From Micropepsaceae bacterium (GTDB lineage Bacteria; Pseudomonadota; Alphaproteobacteria; Micropepsales; Micropepsaceae), in contig JBGOVA010000002.1 in the NCBI GenBank assembly GCA_041477875.1, positions 71 through 64,070 on the forward strand: 64,000 bases of DNA, given 5' to 3'. The translations under genes were made by a program, and so were the position numbers. A model generated the notes under the pieces. It searched no databases and had not been told where the DNA came from. It worked only from the letters and a program-made list of their open reading frames with translations. Every line of letters begins with the position of its first letter. Position 1 is the first letter of the stretch. This document shows positions 1-8,647 of this stretch, one piece after another.

Positions 1-1704
1 GTATTGCTCGTCGTGGCGCTTTGTCTTGACGCGGTACGAACGGTTGTTCGCGCCGGGCTCCGAGACGATGCCGGCGTTGTGGCCGCCCGTCGTGAGCAGG
101 AACGTGACGTCGGTGTCGGTCAACAAATGGATTTTGTAGGTCGAGCGCCACGGCGCGACGTGATCCCACTCCGTCCCGACGGCAAAGATCGGCGCGCGAA
201 TGTCGGTCAGCGCCACGGGCTTGCCGCCGACGCGATAGCGCCCGCCGGCGAAATCGTTGTCGTAGAACAGGTGGCGCAAATACTCCGCGTGCATGCGATA
301 GGGCATGCGCGTCGCATCGGCGTTCCAGACCATCAGATCGCTCATCGCTTGGCGTTCGCCCATCAAATAGTCATGGACCATGCGCGACCATATCAGATCG
401 TTCGAACGTAGCAGCTGAAATGCGCCTGCCATCTGTTTCGTGTCGAGAAAGCCTTGCTCCCACATCATGTCTTCAAGAAACGTGAGCTGGCTGTCGTTGA
501 TGAAAAGGCCGAGCTCACCAGGTTCGCTGAAGTCGGTTTGACCGGCAAGAAGTGTAAGAGACTTGAGCCGGTGATCGCCGTCGCGCGCCATGGCCGCCGC
601 GGCGATCGCGAGCAGCGTGGCGCCCAGGCAATAACCCGTCGCATGAATCCGCTGCCCCGGGACGATCGCCGATATGACGTCGAGCGCCGCCGCGACGCCG
701 AGTTGGCGATAATCTTCCATGCCAAGATCTCGATCGGTCGCGTCGGGATTCTTCCACGAGATCATGAACACCGTGAAGCCGCGGTCGGTCAGGTATTTCA
801 CGAGCGAGTTTTGCGGCGAGAGGTCGAGGATGTAGTATTTCATGATCCAGGCGGGCACGATCAAAACCGGCTCGGCATGCACGCTCTCGGTCGCCGGCGC
901 ATATTGGATGAGTTCGATCAAACGATTGCGAAACACGACCCTGCCCGGTGTGACCGCGATATTGTGGCCGACCTCGAATGCCTCAGCACCGGCGGGTTTC
1001 TTCGCGCCGAGCGCAAGCTCCCAATCCTGCACGAAGTTCATGAAGCCCTTCACGAGATTCATGCCGCCTTGCTCGACGGTGCGTTGCAGGACTTCGGGGT
1101 TGGTGAGCAGGAAGTTCGACGGCGCGAAGACGTCGAGAATCTGGCGCGAGACGAATTCCATGATCTCTTCATGCTGACGCGCGACGCCGCGTACCCCCGT
1201 CGTTGCGTTGTGCCACCATTGCTGGTGCAGCAGGAACCCCTGATAGAACAGGCAGTATGGCCACTGCTGCCAAGCCGGCGCCGAAAAGCGATGGTCTTGC
1301 GGCAACGGCACGATGCATGGCTCCCCGTCGGCTTGCGTGACGGCGCTGTTTACGGCGTGGTTGGAGAAGCGAACGGATTTCCTGGCCGCCTTATCGAGAA
1401 GCTGCATGCGCTTGCCGGGCGAGAAGGCAAGGTGGATCCACCAGTCGAGATAGGCTTGACCGATCGCGGCCGGCGACAGCCCGCGCGTGAACCGCGCGGT
1501 CGCCGCATGGAATGAGCGATCGACGATGTCCGCGAACGCCGTCGATGCGTATGAGTCGCGCTCGGGAATTTCCGGCAGCGGAAGGGGTTGTGTAGGCACA
1601 CTTGCGGCCGGTGCCTGCGCTTCGCCTGCCTTTTCGCGCGCGCGGGGACCTCCTTTACGTGCTTCCGCACGAGCATCGCGAAGACTGATCGGCTCGCTGG
1701 ACAC
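1..1704 (-). CDS. phaC: Class I poly(3-hydroxyalkanoate) synthase PhaC; the C-terminal end runs off the left window edge
   Basis: A minus-strand frame stays open to position 1. It is absent from the ORF track because there is no stop codon in the window. My translation gives GQRIHATGYCLGATLLAIAAAAM, which contains the PhaC lipase-box G-x-C-x-G. It also gives TTGGHNAGIVSEPGANNRSY at the edge. The start is GTG at 1704 or 1599 and is uncertain. Confidence 0.85.
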   Translation of the reverse strand, partial: MSSEPISLRDARAEARKGGPRAREKAGEAQAPAASVPTQPLPLPEIPERDSYASTAFADIVDRSFHAATARFTRGLSPAAIGQAYLDWWIHLAFSPGKRMQLLDKAARKSVRFSNHAVNSAVTQADGEPCIVPLPQDHRFSAPAWQQWPYCLFYQGFLLHQQWWHNATTGVRGVARQHEEIMEFVSRQILDVFAPSNFLLTNPEVLQRTVEQGGMNLVKGFMNFVQDWELALGAKKPAGAEAFEVGHNIAVTPGRVVFRNRLIELIQYAPATESVHAEPVLIVPAWIMKYYILDLSPQNSLVKYLTDRGFTVFMISWKNPDATDRDLGMEDYRQLGVAAALDVISAIVPGQRIHATGYCLGATLLAIAAAAMARDGDHRLKSLTLLAGQTDFSEPGELGLFINDSQLTFLEDMMWEQGFLDTKQMAGAFQLLRSNDLIWSRMVHDYLMGERQAMSDLMVWNADATRMPYRMHAEYLRHLFYDNDFAGGRYRVGGKPVALTDIRAPIFAVGTEWDHVAPWRSTYKIHLLTDTDVTFLLTTGGHNAGIVSEPGANNRSYRVKTKRHDEQY

Positions 1705-1707
1705 GAC

Positions 1708-2064
1708 TCAGTGCGTGCGTGCTGGCCGCTCCGCGCGGCCGTTGCCGGCGGGCTCGGCGTCGTGCAGCGCGTCGGTCATCAGTTCGCTGTATCTGGCCCA
1801 CTCCTCGCTGTAGGCACGCGTCATGTCGGCGAACCACTTCTGTTGCGCGGCGAAGAAATCCGGCAGGCTTCTGCAAGCGCCGAATTGCTCGGCGGCTTTC
1901 ATGTTGTCTTCGAAGCGCCGGGTCATGAACTTGATGCTCTCCTGCTGCAGCGTGTGCACGCCTTTGCCGAAGATCGACGCGCTCTTCTCCAGGGCCCCGC
2001 CCATGGGGCCATTAAAGGCGGCCTCAAAGGGGTTGGCCGACTGCTCGGATTTGTGGGTTTTCAT
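1708..2064 (-). CDS. Phasin-family protein (PHA granule-associated)
   Basis: This uses the internal ATG of ORF 1708..2151 (MKTHKSEQSANPFEAAFNG...). A GGGAGA Shine-Dalgarno (SD) sequence lies upstream. The protein is helical and A/E/Q-rich, and the gene sits directly upstream of phaC. Confidence 0.6.
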   Translation of the reverse strand: MKTHKSEQSANPFEAAFNGPMGGALEKSASIFGKGVHTLQQESIKFMTRRFEDNMKAAEQFGACRSLPDFFAAQQKWFADMTRAYSEEWARYSELMTDALHDAEPAGNGRAERPARTH

Positions 2065-2133
2065 GTGACAATCTCCCAGGTGATCGAAAGCCGAAAAGTA
2101 TTCAAATTCTAAGCGTTCGCCGGCGCAGAGGCC

Positions 2134-2147
2134 TTGCGGTAGGTCAA
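2134..2147. promoter_or_regulatory. FixK/FNR-type box TTGCGGTAGGTCAA upstream of the phasin gene
   Basis: It fits TTG(A/C)-N6-(T/G)CAA. The box centre is about 76 nt upstream of the phasin ATG. A TAGAAT -10-like hexamer (reverse complement of 2106-2111) lies at the spacing expected for a class II promoter. Confidence 0.5.
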
Positions 2148-2178
2148 ACAATAGCGCAGCCGTGTGAACCTTCCGTTC

Positions 2179-2925
2179 TCAGTTCGTCTTCGGCGCAGCG
2201 GCGTCGATTCGGGCCATGAATTCGGCGAACTGGGCCTGCGACATTGTGCTCTCGCCAGCCACGCGGAGCTTGGCGGCCGCCGGCGGCAGGTCGAAAGCCA
2301 GCGACCGAATGTTGATCGTGACCCCCTTGAACTCCGGGGGCAGTTGCTGGGCCAAGTCGATGGCGTGGCGCTTGAAGATGTCGATGCCGACGATTGCATA
2401 AACGGCGTCGCTGACGCTCTGGTACGCGCCTTCAATGCGGCACGGCGGCGCGCTGGCCCCTTGCACGTCGATGGTGATGATCGAGCGCGCCGCGGACAGC
2501 GCAATTCTGGCGGAACAACTGACATCGGCCGGCAATTCCACGGGATATGAACCGGCACAAACGCGCTTCACGTAGTGAAAGCGAAGGTCGTATCTTACGG
2601 TCGTCGCACCGGTCAGCTTTGCGGCGGCGCCGAGAATCTTGACAACGTCGCCGCAGGGGATCGACCGGTCGAGCGCCTTGGCCGACAGTATCTTGATGTT
2701 CGCCAGAACCGATCTGACGTCCATTTCGGCGGTCAGCGCGACGCGATAAGTGCCGTTGGGGTTGGGCGTAGTTTGCCAGCTGACCGTCGAGGGAAGCTGC
2801 AATACGGCCGCGCCGAGCGTCGGGCGCGCAACAAAGTTCCGCGTGCCGTCAGCCCGCGTGCCGGGCGTAGCGACAGCTACCCATATGATGAGGGCGGCGA
2901 TCAAGCCTGCGCTATTCAATTTCAC
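2179..2925 (-). CDS. Hypothetical secreted protein
   Basis: This is ORF 2179..2964 with a probable GTG start at 2925 (VKLNSAGLIAALIIWVAVATPG, a signal peptide). Codon usage is high-GC. I recognise no family. Confidence 0.55.
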   Translation of the reverse strand: MKLNSAGLIAALIIWVAVATPGTRADGTRNFVARPTLGAAVLQLPSTVSWQTTPNPNGTYRVALTAEMDVRSVLANIKILSAKALDRSIPCGDVVKILGAAAKLTGATTVRYDLRFHYVKRVCAGSYPVELPADVSCSARIALSAARSIITIDVQGASAPPCRIEGAYQSVSDAVYAIVGIDIFKRHAIDLAQQLPPEFKGVTINIRSLAFDLPPAAAKLRVAGESTMSQAQFAEFMARIDAAAPKTN

Positions 2926-2939
2926 GTGCGGGGTTCTCT

Positions 2940-3067
2940 CAATTGGCCGACGTAATCGCAGCACACGATCGTGGTTTTTTCGCGGTGCGTCGGCGGGGCG
3001 TGTACGCAGGTGCGAGGTGGGTGTAATGCGATTAGCCGCGCCGGAGTTTGATCCAGCTCAGCGCTGA
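2940..3067 (+). repeat. Intergenic repeat element, copy 1 (about 128 nt)
   Basis: It is about 85-90% identical by eye to 5060..5189 in the same orientation. It contains the palindrome CACGATCGTG. It also has the inverted repeats TAATCGCA(2953)/TGCGATTA(3027) and GCCGACG/CGTCGGC. A FixK-like site, TTGATCCAGCTCAG, lies at 3048-3061. Confidence 0.8.
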
Positions 3068-3095
3068 CGCGCGAGGCGGTCCATGCGCCGCCCTC

Positions 3096-3926
3096 TCAAG
3101 ACGCCATTTTTGGATAGAGGCGTGCAGCGATCGTTATCAGGACCGCGCTCGCACCGGTCAGCACGGCCAGATCGAGCGCGATGCCATAGATGCTCTGCCC
3201 GCCGTTCAGCATCAATGCGCGCAGACCGTCGACCTCGTAGGTTAGCGGATTGGCCGAGGAGATCGTCTTGAGCCAATCCGGCATCAGGTCGAGCGGGTAG
3301 ATCGCGTTGCTGGCGAAGAAGATCGGCATCGTCAACAATTGACCGACGCCCATGAAGCGTTCGCGTGTTTTCACCAAGCACGCGATGATCAACGACAGCG
3401 TCGCGAATAGCGCGGCACCGAGTGCAACCAATACAATGACGCCTAACGTCGCAAGAAATTCGAACTTGATCCCGACGCCCATTGCAAGCGCTATCACGTA
3501 GATGATGGCGGCCTGCAAAACGCCGCGCACGCTTGCCGATACGGCTTTGCCGATCACGAGCGCCGAGCGCGGCGCGGGACTGACGAGATAGCGGTGCAAC
3601 ACGCCCAAGTCGCGCTCCCAAATCGCCGATATGCCGTAGAAGATGGACGCGAACAGCACGCTTTGCGCGAGGATGCCGGCCGACAGAAAATCCAAATATG
3701 GCAGCCCGTGACCCGACAGGCCGCGCGCCCGCGCCATGACGTTCCCAAACAGCACGAGCCACAGGATCGGTTGCACGGCGCGCGTGGCCAAATCGAACGG
3801 GTCATGCCGCAGCTTCTGAAGTTCGGCGGCGACGACGCCGAAGGTCTGTGTCCTGTAGTCGGCCACGCGGTCGACGAAGGTTCGTTCAGCCGTGCTCGCG
3901 GGCGGAGCGTCGTGCTTGCCTGACAT
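3096..3926 (-). CDS. ABC-2 type transporter permease
   Basis: The 276-aa ORF is multi-pass. It has typical ABC-2 (DrrB/NodJ-like) architecture and overlaps the upstream ATPase gene. Confidence 0.85.
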   Translation of the reverse strand: MSGKHDAPPASTAERTFVDRVADYRTQTFGVVAAELQKLRHDPFDLATRAVQPILWLVLFGNVMARARGLSGHGLPYLDFLSAGILAQSVLFASIFYGISAIWERDLGVLHRYLVSPAPRSALVIGKAVSASVRGVLQAAIIYVIALAMGVGIKFEFLATLGVIVLVALGAALFATLSLIIACLVKTRERFMGVGQLLTMPIFFASNAIYPLDLMPDWLKTISSANPLTYEVDGLRALMLNGGQSIYGIALDLAVLTGASAVLITIAARLYPKMAS

Positions 3927-4686
3927 TCCTGTAGCTTCCTTCCGACTCGATTTCGGCGCCGGTCAAATGCGCGAAGACGTCGTCGAGCGTCGCGCCCGGC
4001 CCCAATTCGTCCTTGAGCGCGCCCGGCGTTCCAACCTTCTCGATGCGGCCCTTGTGGATGAGCGCGATGCGGTCGCACAGCTCCTCCACTTCTTCCATGT
4101 AATGCGTGGTCACGAGCATCGTCGTGTTAAACTGCTCGCGCAGATCCTTCACGTGCTTCCACACCGTGTGGCGCGCGACCGGATCGAGCCCGACAGTCGG
4201 CTCGTCCATGAACAGGACGAGCGGGCGGTGAATCATGCTTTGTGCGATCTCGAGCCGCCGGATCATGCCGCCCGAATAGCGTTGGACCAGATGGTGGGCG
4301 ACGTCGGCGAGCCCCATGACGGCCAAGGCTTGCGCGATGCGCGGCTCGCGCTCGGCCTTCGGCACGCAATAGAGCCGGGCCGAAAGCAGGAGATTCTCGT
4401 ACCCCGTGAGCGAGCCGTCGGCGGACAGCTGTTGCGGCACGTAGCCGATATGGCGGCGTACGTCTGCTGCTTGCTTGACGATGTCGAAGCCGGCAACGAG
4501 CGCTCGCCCGGAGCTGGGCGGTAAAAGGGTCGTCAACATCTTGATGAGCGTGCTCTTGCCCGCACCGTTCGGGCCGATGAGGGCGAAGATCTCGCCGGCC
4601 TCGATCGTCAACGATGCCCGATCGACGGCGCGAAAGTCGCCGAAATCGCGGGTCAATTCGAAGGTCTCGACGATCGCAGATGTCAT
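3886..4686 (-). CDS. ABC transporter ATP-binding protein (DrrA-like)
   Basis: It has Walker A GPNGAGKST, signature YSGGMIRRL and Walker B LVLFMDEPT. A strong AAGGAGG SD lies upstream. Confidence 0.9.
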   Translation of the reverse strand: MTSAIVETFELTRDFGDFRAVDRASLTIEAGEIFALIGPNGAGKSTLIKMLTTLLPPSSGRALVAGFDIVKQAADVRRHIGYVPQQLSADGSLTGYENLLLSARLYCVPKAEREPRIAQALAVMGLADVAHHLVQRYSGGMIRRLEIAQSMIHRPLVLFMDEPTVGLDPVARHTVWKHVKDLREQFNTTMLVTTHYMEEVEELCDRIALIHKGRIEKVGTPGALKDELGPGATLDDVFAHLTGAEIESEGSYRNVRQARRSAREHG

Positions 4687-4723
4687 CGGAAGAACCTCCT
4701 TTGCCGGGTTTCCGAGGCGCGGG

Positions 4724-4737
4724 TTGACTTAGCGCAA
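4724..4737. promoter_or_regulatory. FixK/FNR-type box TTGACTTAGCGCAA
   Basis: It lies in the divergent gap between the ABC ATPase gene (start 4686) and the small CDS (start 4815). It fits TTGA-N6-GCAA. It is nearly identical to the boxes at 9703 and 30458. Confidence 0.5.
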
Positions 4738-4814
4738 GGTCTCCCGTCACGCCATTGCTAGGTTGTTTGGTCATGTGCCGACGCCGCTGCGGCCCGATCC
4801 TTGAGGAGCATCCG

Positions 4815-5051
4815 ATGCAAGATTTCAACAAACTGATCGAAGATCTCAAACGCACGCACGACGAAATCAGACTCAAGGCGCACCTTGGCACGAAGGACCT
4901 TCAGGACGAATGGTCGCATCTCGAAAAGCGTTGGCACGGCTTCGAAAGAAAGGCCGAACTCGAGCGCAGCGCAAAGGATGTCAGCAAGGCGCTGAACGCT
5001 TTGGGCTTGGAACTCAAGGCCGCGTTCGCGCGTGTGCGATCGGCGCTCTAA
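4815..5051 (+). CDS. Small helical hypothetical protein (78 aa)
   Basis: This uses the internal ATG of ORF 4755..5051 (MQDFNKLIEDLKRTHDEIRLKAHLG...). It is preceded by a GAGGAG SD. Confidence 0.5.
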   Translation: MQDFNKLIEDLKRTHDEIRLKAHLGTKDLQDEWSHLEKRWHGFERKAELERSAKDVSKALNALGLELKAAFARVRSAL

Positions 5052-5059
5052 GCCATGAG

Positions 5060-5189
5060 CAATTGGCTGACGTAATCGCGGCACACGATCGTGGTTACTT
5101 CGCGGTGTGTCGGCGGGGGGGACGCTCATACGTGCGAGGTGGATGTAATGCGATTACCCGCGCCGAAGTTTGATCTAGCTCAGCGCCGG
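5060..5189 (+). repeat. Intergenic repeat element, copy 2 (about 130 nt)
   Basis: It is a direct repeat of 2940..3067. It carries TTGATCTAGCTCAG at 5170-5183, about 95 nt upstream of the DUF3775 gene. Confidence 0.8.
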
Positions 5190-5272
5190 ACCAAGATCGC
5201 CGTGTGTCTATCGACGGCGAAACGGGGCGTTCCAGTGCGCGTCGTTTGGGCATGGGAACGGGAGCAGCGAAC

Positions 5273-5689
5273 ATGAATGTGACAATCTCGGTGCCGATCG
5301 AGACATTGGCCTACATCATCGAAAAGGCGCGCGAATTCGACGCCGAAGTCGAAGTCGACGATCCGCAATCAGGTTCCAACCCGGCAGATGACCGGGAGCT
5401 GGCAATCCTCCAGGATACGGCCGAGAATCCGACCGAAGACGAGCTGACCGAGGCCTTGCGCAGCATGAACGACGACGAATTGGCGGAACTGTTGGCGCTC
5501 GTTTGGGTCGGCCGCGGCGATTTCGACGAGGAAAGCTGGGACGAAGCTCTGACGAGCGCGCGTGCGGCGCGCGACAAGCGCATCCTTCCTTACCTCATGG
5601 GCACGCCGATGCTCGGCGACTTGGTGGCGGAGGGCCTTGCCGAGCTCGGTTACGCTGTGCCGCCGGTCGCGGAAGAGGCGGCGTCTTAA
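5273..5689 (+). CDS. DUF3775 domain-containing protein
   Basis: This uses the internal ATG (MNVTISVPIETLAYIIEKAREFD...), preceded by a GGGAG SD. The acidic protein matches my recollection of the DUF3775 family pattern. Confidence 0.75.
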   Translation: MNVTISVPIETLAYIIEKAREFDAEVEVDDPQSGSNPADDRELAILQDTAENPTEDELTEALRSMNDDELAELLALVWVGRGDFDEESWDEALTSARAARDKRILPYLMGTPMLGDLVAEGLAELGYAVPPVAEEAAS

Positions 5690-5690
5690 T

Positions 5691-6374
5691 ATGCGCGACC
5701 GTCCGACATACAAGGATCGGGAGGAGGCGGGGCGCCGCTTGGCGCCGCTCCTCTCCGCGTTTCGCGAAAGCGGTGCGATCGTATTCGCCTTGCCGCGTGG
5801 AGGCATACCCGTCGCCATCGAGGTTGCGCGTGCACTGTCCCTGCCGCTCGACCTCCTGTACGTGCGCAAGATCGCGGCGCCCCTGGAACCGGAGCTCGCC
5901 CTTGGCGCGATCGTGGACGGCGCCGACCCGGATATCGTTCTAAACGACGCTCTGGTGAGCCAGTTGGGCATATCGCGCGCTGTTCTGGAAGAGATCGGCG
6001 AACGCGAACTGCAAGAGATCAAACGGCGGAAGGAGCGGTACGGCAATGCGTTGACCACGCCATTGATGCCGACGGGCCGCCCTGCCATCATCGTCGATGA
6101 CGGACTGGCGACGGGTGCTACCGTGCGAGCAGCGGCGCAAGCCCTCCGGCGACGCGGCGCCACGCGGGTCATCGTTGCCGTCCCTGTCGCACCGCCCGAC
6201 GCGGTATCCGCGCTCGAAGAGGTAGGTGCTGAGGTCGTTTGTCCCCACGTGACGGAGCGCTTCATGGGCGTGGGGATGTTCTATCGCGATTTCCGTCAGC
6301 TCTCGGATGATACGGTGATCGCGCAGCTCGCCGCATTTCGGCGTGAATCGGACCGCGTGCACGAAGCTTCGTGA
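5691..6374 (+). CDS. Phosphoribosyltransferase family protein
   Basis: MRDRPTYKDREEAGRRLA... is followed by the PRPP-binding loop AIIVDDGLATGATV. The start codon is 1 nt after the preceding stop. Confidence 0.85.
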   Translation: MRDRPTYKDREEAGRRLAPLLSAFRESGAIVFALPRGGIPVAIEVARALSLPLDLLYVRKIAAPLEPELALGAIVDGADPDIVLNDALVSQLGISRAVLEEIGERELQEIKRRKERYGNALTTPLMPTGRPAIIVDDGLATGATVRAAAQALRRRGATRVIVAVPVAPPDAVSALEEVGAEVVCPHVTERFMGVGMFYRDFRQLSDDTVIAQLAAFRRESDRVHEAS

Positions 6375-6410
6375 GCTGTCTCTCGCTCACCCGTGCCAAG
6401 GAGGAGCACC

Positions 6411-6779
6411 ATGCAAGTGCCTGTTCAGATCGTCCTGAAGAAGGTGCCGCAACCGGCAGCCGCGCGGGCGGAAGTGCTTAAGGCCGCCGGCGTGCTGGAG
6501 CGATTTCACGATCGCATCACGTCGTGCCGGGTTGCCGTGACCAATCCCGATGCCCGCCATCGCCAAGGCGGGATTTTTGACGTGCATATCACGATGCGCG
6601 TGCCCGGCCACGGCGACATCGAAGTCACCAGGCGAGCGCAGGATCGCGCCGAGCGGGAGCACCTCGATGTGGCGTTGCGCAACGCGTTTGCGCAGGCGCG
6701 GCGTCAGCTGCAGGACGTCGCGCGCGAGAAGCGCGGCGATATCAAGGTACGTGCGCGACGTGCGCCGATCGACGGATAA
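6411..6779 (+). CDS. HPF/RaiA-family ribosome-associated (hibernation) protein
   Basis: MQVPVQIVLKKV... and RITSCRVAVT...GGIFDVHITMRVPG give the short HPF fold pattern. An AGGAGG SD lies upstream. Confidence 0.75.
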   Translation: MQVPVQIVLKKVPQPAAARAEVLKAAGVLERFHDRITSCRVAVTNPDARHRQGGIFDVHITMRVPGHGDIEVTRRAQDRAEREHLDVALRNAFAQARRQLQDVAREKRGDIKVRARRAPIDG

Positions 6780-6783
6780 CGCG

Positions 6784-7443
6784 ATGTGTTTTTCGGCCGA
6801 AGCGAGCTTCCTTACGGCCACGGTCACAGGCCTTGTCGGCGTCGCCACCATCACCAGAGCAAGCAACGCGCGCGAGCTTCCGTTGGCTGCGATACCGCTC
6901 CTTTTTGCGATCCAACAGGCGGCGGAGGGTGGGCTGTGGCTCACGCTCCCTGTCGCGCCGCAGGCCGGCCTCTCCTCCTTTCTGACGCACGTCTTTCTTG
7001 TCTTCGCACTGGCTTTCTGGCCGGTCTTCGCCCCGCTCGCGGCGTTTCTGGTCGAGCCCAGCGCGACCCGCCGCCGCGTCATGATGGTCTGTCTGCTGAT
7101 CGGGATCGTCGTGGCCGGATACTTTATCGGTTCCGTGCTCACGATCCCGCACATCGCCAGCATCAATGAAGGGCACATCGTCTACCGGACCGGCGCAAGC
7201 TCACCCTTTTCGGTCGGAGGGCTCTACCTCCTTGCGACGGGCGTCGCCCTCTTGATGTCATCGCACCGCGCGGTGTCGGTGACGGGTTGGATCGTGTTCC
7301 TGGGCTCGATTGCGTCCTACTATTCGTATTGGGAAGCATTCGTCTCGGTGTGGTGTTTCTTCGCCGCCGCGTCCAGTATCGTTCTCCTCGTTCATTTCGA
7401 ACGCGCGCGCGCCGGGCGGCAAGCCAAGGCGGCGGGCGCGTAA
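6784..7443 (+). CDS. Hypothetical multi-pass membrane protein
   Basis: This uses the internal ATG of ORF 6550..7443. There are about six hydrophobic segments. I recognise no family. Confidence 0.6.
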   Translation: MCFSAEASFLTATVTGLVGVATITRASNARELPLAAIPLLFAIQQAAEGGLWLTLPVAPQAGLSSFLTHVFLVFALAFWPVFAPLAAFLVEPSATRRRVMMVCLLIGIVVAGYFIGSVLTIPHIASINEGHIVYRTGASSPFSVGGLYLLATGVALLMSSHRAVSVTGWIVFLGSIASYYSYWEAFVSVWCFFAAASSIVLLVHFERARAGRQAKAAGA

Positions 7444-7445
7444 TC

Positions 7446-7459
7446 TTGAGGGAGATCAA
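7446..7459. promoter_or_regulatory. FNR/FixK-type box TTGAGGGAGATCAA
   Basis: It is a perfect TTGA-N6-TCAA. The centre is 63 nt upstream of the PH-domain gene ATG at 7516. Confidence 0.6.
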
Positions 7460-7515
7460 AGTATTCGGCGCGCGACGGCGTTGGATGGGACCCGCATTCT
7501 CACCGGGGCAGCCAA

Positions 7516-7977
7516 ATGAGCTACGTAAGTCAGACATCCGGCGCGGTCGAGTGCGTCCGCTTTCGTGCCCACTATCATTGGCTCTATTGGCTGGGCGGCA
7601 TCGTGTTGGCGACCGGACCGCTGCTGACATTTGCCGCAGGCCCGATCGACAGCTGGGCCGGTCTTGCCGTCCTGTGTGTAACGGTGGTCGGCGTCCCCTT
7701 CGGACTGGTGATTCTCGTTCGCGCATTCGCAACGGAGATAGCCGTCACGTCCGACCGTTTTATCAAGAAAGGCGGCCTGATTTCCTTTGAGTCCGAAGAT
7801 ATCAGCCTGGACAAGGTGGAAGAGATCAACCTCGAGGAGAGTATTCTCGGCGCACTCTTCGGCTACGGGACTCTGGTAGTTCACGGGAGCGGCACAGGAT
7901 CAATTAGAGTGGAGATGGTACAATCACCCGAACGGCTTCGGCGTGAGATCGAAAGTGCGCGCGAGGCGCTCCGGTGA
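7516..7977 (+). CDS. Membrane-anchored bacterial PH domain (bPH_2/YdbT-like) protein
   Basis: It has two N-terminal transmembrane (TM) helices. These are followed by ITSDRFIKKGGLISFESEDISLDKVEEINLEESILGALFGYGTLVV, which is typical of bPH_2. Confidence 0.7.
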   Translation: MSYVSQTSGAVECVRFRAHYHWLYWLGGIVLATGPLLTFAAGPIDSWAGLAVLCVTVVGVPFGLVILVRAFATEIAVTSDRFIKKGGLISFESEDISLDKVEEINLEESILGALFGYGTLVVHGSGTGSIRVEMVQSPERLRREIESAREALR

Positions 7978-8004
7978 CGGAAGCTCGTTTTGGGGAGAAT
8001 TCGC

Positions 8005-8640
8005 ATGTTCAAGTATGGCGGCGCGCGGTTGGTCGAGATCGCGACCGTCGTGGGCCTCGCATTGGCGATCACGGCGCAAATTGCATTTGCAGACAACGAT
8101 GCGGAGAGATTTGCGCAGGGCGTGATCGATCAGGGATTCGCGATTCTGCGCGACGACAGCGCAAGCGACAATGCAAGGCGGTCCCGGTTTCACGACTTCA
8201 TCTTGGGGCACGTGGAGGCGCGCAAGACCGCGCTCTTCACGCTTGGCGTCTATCGGCGCGGCGCACCGGATGCGGCGCTCGAGGCGTTTGTCGGCGCCTT
8301 CAGGGAATATTCGACGGCGATCTATGAGACGCATCTCGAAGACTACAAGAACGCGACCTTGCGCGTCAGCGGCTCGATCGAAAACAAGCCCGGCGACGTT
8401 ACGGTGAACACATTGGCCGACGATCCAAGCCTGCGCGAGCCCGTCCGCATTGCCTTTCGGCTGATGCGGTTGGGAAGCGACTACAAGATCGTCGACGTGC
8501 AGGCGGCGGGAATTTGGCTTTCGATCGAACAGCGCGATCAGTTCGCCTCGATGCTCGCGAAAAACAACGGCGACATTGCGGCGCTGACGTCGATGCTGAT
8601 CGAACGGACGGCACGAATTCGCGCCGGCGAAACATCGTGA
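8005..8640 (+). CDS. MlaC/Ttg2D-family phospholipid-binding periplasmic protein
   Basis: It has a signal peptide, then FILGHVEARKTALFTLGVYRR...YKIVDVQAAGIWLSIEQRDQF, which matches the Tol-tolerance Ttg2D pattern. Confidence 0.7.
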   Translation: MFKYGGARLVEIATVVGLALAITAQIAFADNDAERFAQGVIDQGFAILRDDSASDNARRSRFHDFILGHVEARKTALFTLGVYRRGAPDAALEAFVGAFREYSTAIYETHLEDYKNATLRVSGSIENKPGDVTVNTLADDPSLREPVRIAFRLMRLGSDYKIVDVQAAGIWLSIEQRDQFASMLAKNNGDIAALTSMLIERTARIRAGETS

Positions 8641-8647
8641 ACGCCGA

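Noticed and set aside
454-1515. A 353-aa plus-strand ORF, along with several other ORFs in 4..1813.
   Set aside because: It is antisense to the phaC frame. Its Arg/Ala/Pro-rich translation is typical of shadow ORFs in high-GC DNA. The minus frame carries the PhaC lipase box.
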